Below the pieces are notes generated by a model. It saw only the letters and a program-made list of their open reading frames with translations. It did not search any database and had not been told where the DNA came from. Shown one piece after another: positions 10,001 through 19,300 of a DNA stretch of 20,000 nucleotides. Every line of letters begins with the position of its first letter. Position 1 is the stretch's first letter. The position numbers were made by a program, and so were the translations under genes. The stretch covers positions 52,996 through 72,995 of the forward strand of contig JALAGF010000723.1 in NCBI GenBank assembly GCA_030167865.1. Reading direction: 5' to 3'. This DNA comes from Craspedostauros australis. Taxonomy: Eukaryota.

Positions 10001-11719
10001 ATGCCGCACAATGGCGTCGCGGAAGCTAGCGCCGGTTGGCGCAAGCACATCCAGGACAATTGGAAGCCGCTGGTGTTGGGGCAGTTCCTCAGCATGGCGA
10101 TTGCGGGGATCGGCGCCACGCAAGCCACTCTGCACTTGGATTGCCATCTGTCGGCGCCCACGTTCAACATCGCCATGATCTACTTGCTGCTTGCGGTCCA
10201 GGTCGTCTTTGTGTATTGGGAGCAGCGGTATCAGCAGTTGCCGCAGCATGATCTTGCTCATGCGCTTGATCATCGTCATGCGCTTAATCATCATCATGCG
10301 CTTAATCATCATCATGCTCTTGATGATGAATGTGATAGTGCACATGATAGTGACAATGACAGCAACACAAGTCAACACTTCCATGATGTGGACGGCAGCG
10401 TCCGACCTCGAAGAAGAATGCAAGCACAGCATCGTGAAACGGAAGCAGAAGAAGGAACGCGCTCGGTATCTTCAACGGTGGATAACCCTATTCCTTCATC
10501 TTCCACCAACACTGCCGATCGTGGAGCTGTGGCCACTTTGGAAAGAGCTGACAATCCGAATGAAAGCACGGGCGCAAGTGCACGCAATAGCGACGCTGCT
10601 CTTCCCGAAATGGGATTGCCAACAACGACGGCAACATCAACGAGCACTTCTCAATCTTACTCGTATGGTGACGGTGCCAACGAAGACGGCGATCACCATG
10701 TGACAACGATTCGACCAGCCGGGTTCTTCATCCCGGCCTCCGCGCCGATCTATCCGCTTCGCATCTTTCAGCACACCATCCTGCATCTGCATCGCCCATT
10801 CTGGATGTACATGATCCTGGCCTTCCTGGACGTCGAAGCGAATTACTGCTCCTACGTTGCATTTCGATACACGACCCTCACCTCCGTCACGCTTCTGGAC
10901 AGCTTGGCGATCCCCACCGCGATGATCGTCTCATCGGTCTGCCTCAAACGTCGCTACACGCGCAATCACGTCCTCGCCGTCCTCGTCTGCATGACCGGCG
11001 TCACGATCAACGTTCTGCAGGATTACGAGTCGGACACGACCGCCGCATCCATTCTCAACTCCACCGAGGATGGACAAGCGCGGGATTCAGATGCCAGCGC
11101 CAACACACCGTATCCCCACAAGTTCCGAGGCGACCTTCTTGCCATCATCGGCGGATGCTTGTACGGAGTCAACGACGTCGTCACCGAATCTTCCGTGCGA
11201 TCTATGAAGGGCACGACGGAGTACCTCGGCATGATCGGTCTCTGCGCCTTCCTCATCTCCTTCCCCCAGGCCCTGTGGTTGGAGTATGACGATATCCTGG
11301 CCTTTTGGGACCACGACACCTCCACGTGTTCGGAACAGAAAGGGTTTTTCCTGTTCTTCGCGTTCGTCGCGCTCAGCGCCGTTTGTTACATCGGCGCCGC
11401 GCAGTTCCTGTGGTTGTCTGAGGCGACCTTCTTCAACTTATCCCTGCTGACGGGAGATCTGTGGAGCGTCCTCTTCTCGGTCGTGGCAGAGCGCATCATT
11501 CCGCAGCCGCTCTTCTTCCTCGCCCTCTTTCTCGTCATCAGCGGCGTCCTCATCTACGAGACTGCCGCGTCGCCCGTTTTGGGTATTGCGCCCGACGATA
11601 GTGATGATGGCATCCTGCGGGATGGGAAGATGCCCTGCATTGAGATGGTGCGTGGCGACATGAATGCAGCATCGCTTTCGCAGGCCGACAGGGCCTACCA
11701 CGATGGTGATCAAATATGA
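10001..11719 (+). CDS. SLC35F1/F2-like (DUF914, DMT superfamily) membrane transporter
   Basis: Motifs LVLGQFLS, FLDVEANY, AFRYTTLTSVTLLD, GDLLAIIGGCLYGVNDV, EYLGMIG and ATFFNLSLLTGDLWSV, with about ten hydrophobic helices. First ATG is at 10001; the ORF track starts at the TTG at 9974. Confidence 0.92.
   Translation: MPHNGVAEASAGWRKHIQDNWKPLVLGQFLSMAIAGIGATQATLHLDCHLSAPTFNIAMIYLLLAVQVVFVYWEQRYQQLPQHDLAHALDHRHALNHHHALNHHHALDDECDSAHDSDNDSNTSQHFHDVDGSVRPRRRMQAQHRETEAEEGTRSVSSTVDNPIPSSSTNTADRGAVATLERADNPNESTGASARNSDAALPEMGLPTTTATSTSTSQSYSYGDGANEDGDHHVTTIRPAGFFIPASAPIYPLRIFQHTILHLHRPFWMYMILAFLDVEANYCSYVAFRYTTLTSVTLLDSLAIPTAMIVSSVCLKRRYTRNHVLAVLVCMTGVTINVLQDYESDTTAASILNSTEDGQARDSDASANTPYPHKFRGDLLAIIGGCLYGVNDVVTESSVRSMKGTTEYLGMIGLCAFLISFPQALWLEYDDILAFWDHDTSTCSEQKGFFLFFAFVALSAVCYIGAAQFLWLSEATFFNLSLLTGDLWSVLFSVVAERIIPQPLFFLALFLVISGVLIYETAASPVLGIAPDDSDDGILRDGKMPCIEMVRGDMNAASLSQADRAYHDGDQI
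10259..10330 (+). repeat. In-frame 18-bp tandem repeat x4 encoding HAL(D/N)H(H/R)
   Basis: catgcgcttgatcatcgt / catgcgcttaatcatcat / catgcgcttaatcatcat / catgctcttgatgatgaa. Confidence 0.9.
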
Positions 11720-12667
11720 AGAGCGGATTCAGGTTCATACGATTTGCTGATCCACGATGATCGACAGCGCACTTCCTTCACGGTCTCTCACGTCGAGGGT
11801 TTGTGCAAGGCAATGCAATGTATTTCGTGGACTCCAGTCGAGAAAAGAGGGCCGCATTCATTTGCTTCCACGATTTGCTTCCTATTGTAGTTGCAACGAA
11901 AAGCAACGGCGAAACATCGATTCGCAATCATGATCTCCATTCCACGAAGCAGATAACGTGTCATGATACCATCCAAGCGGCTGCGGTAGTTGGGCATCTC
12001 CAGCACATGCTTCTTTCTGCAGACAGAAGTCGTCAGTCCTGATCGCTACTCCAATTTACCTCCTTCTCGCACTGGTAGAAGGGCGGATTTGCGGGATGAC
12101 GATACGCTAACGAAGCCGACGATGATGGCCTCGGCATTGCTCCATGAGAGATGCTCTCTCCAAAGATGACTGCGCGTGTGTGAAGAGCTGCAGGAGAGGT
12201 CAGCGAAAGAGCAGCTGTCGGCATAGGCCATACTCGTATTGTGGACCAGCATTCCTCTCGATCCACTGATCAAGTAGAGTACTCTAATCACCATCAACAA
12301 CACGGTTCTTCCTTTCTCTACACTACTCCACATTAACCTCCAATTCTGCTCGTGGAGGATGAGATAGTTGAGTCGTGCTTGAGGCGTTTGCGTGATACCA
12401 AGAAATCGAACATGGCAAAACACGGCAAAACAAGAACACGACGAGCTGCACCACGATGCCGCACATGATGGCGCCAATTCTTCACAATTGGCGAAGCCTC
12501 ACCAAGATGGCACAATCAACAAGTATTGCTCGTCATCAAGGTGGTTTGCGCATGCATTGTTGTGAATGGTCTGAGAGGTTATACTATACATAATAATATT
12601 ATAGTCCATACCATCGTATGGCACAATTGAATAGAGCATACCCTCTGGAGCAAACTTTACAGAACGC

Positions 12668-12737
12668 CACGAGCACACACACGAGCACACACACGAGCAC
12701 ACACACGAGCACACACACACTCTCTCTCTCTCTCTCT
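12668..12737. repeat. Compound repeat: 12-bp unit CACGAGCACACA x4 followed by (CA)n and (TC)n
   Basis: Read directly; lies about 250 bp upstream of the RING gene start. Confidence 0.9.
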
Positions 12738-12985
12738 TTCTTTGGTAGATAGGATCCGCAGCGACCCTTGGAGTATCACGAGCACTCCACTCCACCCCAC
12801 TTGGATCCTGTCGACTCCATCAATACGAGCAGTCACCTCCAAGCAGAGTACTCCCCCATAGTCGTACTCCACTCTGAGGAGGCCGCGCACGCAACCCGAA
12901 GAATAACGAAGGCCACAAGACGTGTTGATTGATCGACGGATCAAGAACAAGCAACCGGCGGCTGTCAAGAAAGAAGTCACGCGTA

Positions 12986-13985
12986 ATGGTCACCCGTGAA
13001 GGGATCGGGTTGGTGGGTATCACAGCGACCGTAGTGATAATTTGGTGTATCTTTCGCGATCAACGTCGTCGACGTGAGGCCGCCACAGATGAGCCTTCGT
13101 CGAACAACCAGCAGAGCAGCAATCAGCAGAGCAGCAATCAACAAAGGATGGCGACTTCCACCCCTTCCGACCGGCTAGATGACTTCGCACTGGCGGAGAT
13201 CCGAAGAGCGTCGCTGCTTCATTTCTTCGTCGACAAAGGCGCGCACATGGTAAGGCAGAGATGTCCGCGCACGTATGCACGCATGTATTGACGCACTCAT
13301 ACTCATATATACATATATATGTATATATGTATGGTATCATCTTCCTTCCATCCATCTATGCATGCATTCCATTGCTTGCTCGCTCCAGCCTTTCTCATCA
13401 GACTGTGCCATCCCACTTGTTCTCTTGTGGTATCACTCGACACCACTCAACCATACTCTCCCCCTCTCGTGACGAACGCCACGTCCCACCAAAACGCATA
13501 CATCGCCGCAGACAATACAACCATCCGATATGTGCAACGAAGCAACTTCTGACGACGCCGATCCAAGGATATCGGCATCGACGACGGGGACAGCAGAACC
13601 ACCAGTCGATACTCACATGTCCGATAGCAGCAACGACCACGAGCTCGGCAGCGACATGCTGGACTTCGATTTGGAGGCCGCGATCGCCGCATCGCAATCC
13701 ATGCAGGACAACACACGCAGTCAATGCGCGCGCGCCGTGCGATTGAGAAATCGGTTTCCGCCGCAACCGGCCATCGTGTCAACGGATTGCACCATCTGTC
13801 TCGAGGCATTCGAAGCGGGTCAAAATATCATTTTTTCCACGAATCCAAACTGTTCGCATGTCTTTCATGAGCAGTGCATCATGGAGCATCTCATGAGGTT
13901 TGAAGCCGAAGAGAATCAAGATTCGGAATCGCCGAAAGGTGCTCTGTGTCCCTGTTGTCGTAGAGTCTTCATGGAGTCCACTTGA
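12986..13985 (+). CDS. Transmembrane RING-H2 protein (ATL-like E3 ubiquitin ligase); join(12986..13249,13512..13985), ~245 aa
   Basis: Exon 1 encodes the TM segment GIGLVGITATVVIIWCIF followed by RDQRRRR. A phase-0 donor ATG|GTAAGG at 13250 and acceptor CGCAG| at 13511 join in frame (HM|TIQPSDMCNE). Exon 2 carries CTIC...CSHVFHEQC...CPCC (C3H2C3, 13788-13958). Confidence 0.85.
13109..13144 (+). repeat. In-frame 15-bp tandem repeat encoding QQSSN x2+
   Basis: cagcagagcagcaat cagcagagcagcaat caacaa. Confidence 0.85.
13250..13511 (+). other. Predicted 262-bp GT-AG intron
   Basis: GTAAGG donor, AT-rich (TA)n interior and a TGA at 13470 in the exon-2 frame. The AG at 13510-13511 restores the RING frame. 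Confidence 0.75.
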
Positions 13986-14226
13986 TTTCATCGCGGCGCA
14001 TGTGCAGATAGAGAAAGAGGGCGCGGGTACGTAGTGCGACAAGAGGAACGCAGCTCCGTTGCGAGATTGGCGACGGTGTGCACGTGTATCCAAATGTAAA
14101 CGAATAATGTAAAAGGTGAATGGATTTGTATTTGTGTTTGTATGCATTAGCAGAGCGCTCTGCTCGAAGCCTTCAACTTCCTTGTCGTTCCCACTCAACT
14201 TTCAACATATACCACCATGGCAATGA

Positions 14227-15681
14227 TCAATCCCCATTCCATTCCTGTATGAAGCCCAGTCCTGGTGATACACTTTCCGAGCAGTACTCATGGAATCCCC
14301 AAACCCTTTGGAAGATTTCCATCAGCGCGGGTTTCATCGTCTGCATGGTGCCCGCATTGCCCAAGCACCCGGATTTGGAGCACCCGTCCACCAAGGTCTT
14401 CCACCATCCACTATGTCGCGGCGATTCGGCCAGTTGATACAGCGCGCGTGTGTCGTCAAGGACGGCGCCGCCAGAGGTTTGCGTTGCTTGGTCGGAGTCC
14501 ACCTTCCGAATCTCGCCGCCCGTTGCTAACGCACTGATGATCTGCTCTGCATTCGAAAGCGACAACGATGGGACTCGCTCATGCAAGAATGCAGCATCGA
14601 ATTGGATTGGCAGGCACGAGGAAATATCCATGAAGAACGGAGAATCGATCTTGTGTCCTTGTCGCGACACCGATTCCTCGGTATCTGCCAGTCGCGACCG
14701 TTGCACATTGTTTGCGCGGAGTTTGTCGTTGAAGTCTTCGATGTCGCCTTGCACGGACATGGCCGTGCGTTCATCCATCGGCATGGGCGCGAAATAGATG
14801 GGCGGGGAAAATACGTCGTTCTTACCGTGGTTGCCGCGATGCGCGCCATCATTGAGATCCACCATGAGCCGCTGTTTGCTAGCACCATCCAATGATGAGA
14901 TCATGATCAATGCGCCGCCGCTGATGATGCGCTTTGATACCAACACGCCGGCGAAATGTCCACCGGAGGAGGCGCCAATGGCAACGACGTGTCGCAAGAA
15001 CTTGGAGCCGTAATCAAAGCCAACGTTCCATTGAGTGCGCTCCAACATCATTCGGAATCGTTCCAGGACCTGCTGCACCCTGGGAATATCACGAGATGGA
15101 TGCCAGCATCCCGAACGTTGATCGATAGAACTGATCGCCAACGTCACATAACCTCGCTGCAGCGCAGTCTTTGCTACCCGGACTTGCTCTGGCAATCCGA
15201 TGCACTCAGGGCAGTATTGCGGATGTGGCGAGAAGAACTTGAAGGCCGAGTGCGAGCACCCGTGCAGAAGCAAGGCCACGCCCTTCCATTGGTCCGGCGC
15301 CATTTCGGTTGGCAATGCGTACACCGCGTCCACGATTTCTGTGTCGGATATGGGGAATCGGACCAACTGTCCAAAAAGTTGCGAAGCACCGCCGTCCTGC
15401 GGCGGAGACAACGGTTGCTCCACCTTGACGATCGAATCTGTACTGGCAGGTCGCGACTGTTGTAGATGTGCGCCAGCATTAATCGATAGATTGCTTTGCG
15501 GAGGATCCTTGGCCGTGGTTCCACTGATGTTGAGTGGGGCACCTGTCGCACTGATGGAGCTGGTATCTCGGTTGACGATGACCACAAAGACAGAAGCAAA
15601 GAAGACCGCGACGAGCACTTTGTGAAGGCGTCGGCGACGATTCTCCGGTTGTCTCCGATTAACATGTTTGATCAGCGCCAT
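14227..15681 (-). CDS. Type II membrane-anchored alpha/beta-hydrolase fold protein (esterase-like, substrate unknown)
   Basis: 484-aa ORF with a basic N-terminus, TM segment VLVAVFFASVFVVIV and an S/P-rich stem. Catalytic-region motifs are LLLHGCSH (oxyanion region), VVAIGASSGGHFA (G-x-S-x-G nucleophile elbow), candidate Asp in PMPMDERT and candidate His in GFHEY. Confidence 0.85.
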   Translation of the reverse strand: MALIKHVNRRQPENRRRRLHKVLVAVFFASVFVVIVNRDTSSISATGAPLNISGTTAKDPPQSNLSINAGAHLQQSRPASTDSIVKVEQPLSPPQDGGASQLFGQLVRFPISDTEIVDAVYALPTEMAPDQWKGVALLLHGCSHSAFKFFSPHPQYCPECIGLPEQVRVAKTALQRGYVTLAISSIDQRSGCWHPSRDIPRVQQVLERFRMMLERTQWNVGFDYGSKFLRHVVAIGASSGGHFAGVLVSKRIISGGALIMISSLDGASKQRLMVDLNDGAHRGNHGKNDVFSPPIYFAPMPMDERTAMSVQGDIEDFNDKLRANNVQRSRLADTEESVSRQGHKIDSPFFMDISSCLPIQFDAAFLHERVPSLSLSNAEQIISALATGGEIRKVDSDQATQTSGGAVLDDTRALYQLAESPRHSGWWKTLVDGCSKSGCLGNAGTMQTMKPALMEIFQRVWGFHEYCSESVSPGLGFIQEWNGD

Positions 15682-16359
15682 TCTTCACGCATGTACCTAT
15701 AGTACATGTATCCGTACAGATACGGATACGCACCGGTACGAGCACTGGTACCTTTCTGGAGTAGGCGTATGGTCCCCAATTCTTGATGATCCCGTTGGAC
15801 CTGCAGATCAAAGAGTTGAGAAGTATTCTATTTTCGTATGGATCAATGAACAGAGGGTGGATGCTGGTCAATCGGCTCCTCTTTCTCTATTGTATCAGCA
15901 TCAGTGCTCACAACTCTGGACGACGAGCTACGATTTCCATTCAGAGCACGAATGGCATCTATGAGCACACGTGCTTTGGTGTTCGTCTGCGTCTCTTTGT
16001 GGTGTCCAGAATTGGCGCCAAACAAGAAGAACGCGATTCCCGGATATGTTTTGTTCACGAGTACAGTTGTACTCGAAGTAGTCAAAGAATCTCATTCTTC
16101 ATTTTTTTAGATTACTTTGCGATGGCCACACAGTCAAAGCTGCGCGAGTTGGAGATACATAACCAAATGTTGGCGACCAAGCAACAAGTGGTGTCCGCTG
16201 GAGAATGGGTGCACCATTGTCCCGATTCAGTTCCAACATGGCGAGTATGTGCCACGTGAGAGCGGCATTGATTCATTGAATTATCTTTCCGAGCTAGTTG
16301 TCCGGGGTGATCTTGTTGGGTGGGGCCCTTCCTCTCCAATCATCACACCAATACAAATT

Positions 16360-19300
16360 TCACAGTTTGACGCTGCACAAACCTGACTCTTTGGTGAGGA
16401 CTGATACAGCATCTCCATCGTCACCATTGCTGCCGGCACGCCCGCTTTCATGCGTTGCGTGTTCCCTTTGCGAACCTCCAAGCGAATTCAATACGTACAC
16501 AATATCGTGTGTTGTCACACTTTTCGACATTGATTCTCTTGTGAAGTCCTCTTTGCTGTGGTGTGACGAACCTCCGGCCGTAACGTTGTGGCACCGATCG
16601 CTGTAGCCGCCGGATACAATCGGACGTGCTGCTGATTCCCTGCCACTCTGGCTTGCCTGAATGGCACCTCTGCCTCGTTGCAAGCCCTCCTCGGACAGAA
16701 ATTGGTCGCACCGCTCCTTCACATCCTCAACCTTGGCGAATGATTGCCACAACTCGTAGTATGCGCATGCCTTGGGATAGTATTCCCGTGCTACTTCAGA
16801 ACGTCCGACCCGCACACAGAAGTCGCCGAGCAACTCACATGCAAGACCTGCGTCCTGATGATGCATCGCCTGCGCACTGAGCTTGATGGCGATATCATAC
16901 GCCCGGATGGCTTTCTCGATCTTGACATTGTTGCTGTCGCTGATGCTGCTCGTCTTTCGAGTCCCTCCCTTTGTTGCTGCCCGTACTATTGCTTCTGTCT
17001 TCAGCCCCAGTAGCTCTGCTTCCAGACACAAGAATCGATGAATGCCATTGAGCCCGCGGGACATGCTCTTGCGTTTCATTATTTGGATGCGTTCCTTCAA
17101 TTCCTTCTTGTACTTGCTCTCCTTGGTCATGCGGTACATCCCTGCGCAGGCGATGCCCGCAAAGTAACCACGTGCGCAAACCATCAAGTACGATTGATCC
17201 AATGGCGTGATTTCGATGGCCTTCTTGATGAGCAGGTATGCACTGTGGTAGCTTCGAAAGTACATGCAGAGCTGCGCATTCGTGTCGAGCTCGAACATGA
17301 TTTGGTGGTTTTCTGACGTATTCATATCCTTGATGCTGGCCGGCATGCGCGCAACGACCTCCTCAACCTCCCCCCAATCCAGCGGCTTTTCACCGACAAG
17401 GGTCTTGTAGAAGTCAATGCATGCCATTGATGTTGCCGTGACGAATTCCATGTTGTACATCTGCGCGCTATCACGGATGTTCTCGAAGGAGACGATCAGC
17501 GGCTTCAATGGAAAACCGGAGAAGTACGAGTATATGATCCCCAGCTCCCAATTCATGAATCCCGATTCGAAGTCACCGACCTCCATTGCGCCGCGACACC
17601 CACGCTGAAAGACGTCGATCATCTTGTCATAATCAGCTGAGAATGGATGTATCCTATGAGCCGCTGTGAGGTTTAGCCATCCACGGAGAGACTTCCCATC
17701 GGTGCATCTCAATATCTGTGCACCCAGATCCAAGTACCGTTCTGCAGCGAGCTGGTCGGAAAATACATCACCGAAGATGCATCCCAAGTTCAAGAGAGGC
17801 AGCGATGAGTACTTGCTCAGACCGTGCTTGATAGTCATCCTCAACGACTTGAGTATGAATAGGATTGCCTCCAATGACTGTCTGCAGTACGCAGCTCTCA
17901 ACGTTCCTTGGTGGAGAAATTTCATGGCCATGATCTTCTTTGGGTTGGTCATCAATGGTAGCTGCATGAATTCACTGTTGGATGTCCTCTCGAAGTACCG
18001 TCTGATGTATAGGAGGTCCGTCATCGCTGTGGCAACCCAGAATCGCTTGGGCAGCGCTTTGGAAGATTGGAGGATGTCCACGATCATAGTCAGGGATTGC
18101 TTGTGGAGGTTCTGACGGCCCAGCGCATCTGCCAGATTGTATTGTGTTGAGAGCTTGTCATCCGTTGTCTTGGCCTTGTCAAGGACGACGTTTGCCAGCG
18201 AGGTCCCGACAGAGTAGTTCCCCAAGGCAAGCTCAATCTCGGCCCGTTGCACGTGCAGGCACAGGGTGAGATCGTAGTCCTCATGCCATGGACTTTGGGC
18301 GGATTCGATCCTCTCCAGCTCATCGAAGGCAATTTGGAAGTACTTGGAAGCCGTTGGCAGCGCCGAGATTTGCTGCGCTCGTGAACCAACGGTATGGTTC
18401 AGCTTGGCCATGTACCATCGATCCTTCTTCATCTGGACGGAATTGAGATGATCAGCTGCGCAGAAATAGAACCAGTCTGGTATGCCATTTTGCTCGGAGA
18501 AGGGTTGCTGCGCTGCGCTGATCTCGTCCGTGTTATCCTTGCCAGTATCGTCCTCCGATTCACCGCCTCGCTCGTGTGCAAGGATGATATCGTACAGAAT
18601 CGTCCCAATGCGATAGCGCAGCATGGTCCTTTGCTGACCTTCGGGAACGATAGACTGTGCGCCCTGCTGGATGCGATCGTGCACGAATCGGTACGTCTGC
18701 TCTCCGATGGAGTTGGCCAACAGGCCTTCCAGGACTGCGTCCTCCAGCAACTCCGTCAATGCTTGCAGAGTGAAATTGGAAGGGGTGAGCTGCGCATCAT
18801 CGTTGCTATCGCTGCCACCGCTGTCCTTGCCGAACATGATGTCGGCGTTGCGGTTTTCTGCAAGCTTCTGGAGTAGCATGTGCAGCACATCGATATCGAA
18901 CATCGTCTGCGTGTAGGATGCGACACAGAGGACGTATCTGAATCGATGGCTTGGGTATGACTCGATCTTTGCCTGCACAGCCTCCACTGCGGTGTTGGAA
19001 AGAGACTGGGCGATGGTCGTTGTGGTCGCGTCGTTCCATTCCCAGTATCCTCCGTGTTGGGAGTATTGGAGCACTTGTTTGCGTTCCAGTTCCTCCAGCG
19101 CCTGGCGCAGGAAGAAGATGTTTCCGTTCGTCTTCTGGTGCAGGATGGATGCAAAGTGACGGCAATCGTCATCCTTTTCATCATTTCGCTTTTCGCGTGG
19201 GGACATGGAGGGCGATGGAGCAGATGCGGGTGGATGTTGGCAGCGGTCACGCTTGAGTGTTCGCGATACCCATTGGTAGGTTTGCTCCTCTGTGAAGTTG

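Noticed and set aside
11760..12660. Short ORFs on both strands, e.g. 12046-12477 minus
   Set aside because: No motifs or codon bias; treated as intergenic.
12668..12737. Repeats here, at 712-755 and at 10259-10330 considered as CRISPR-like arrays
   Set aside because: Head-to-tail units without unique spacers, no cas genes and a eukaryotic context.
15783..16259. 158-aa plus-strand ORF and acceptor-like TTTTTTTAG at ~16110
   Set aside because: No recognisable domain, AT-rich composition and no donor that yields a coherent gene model.
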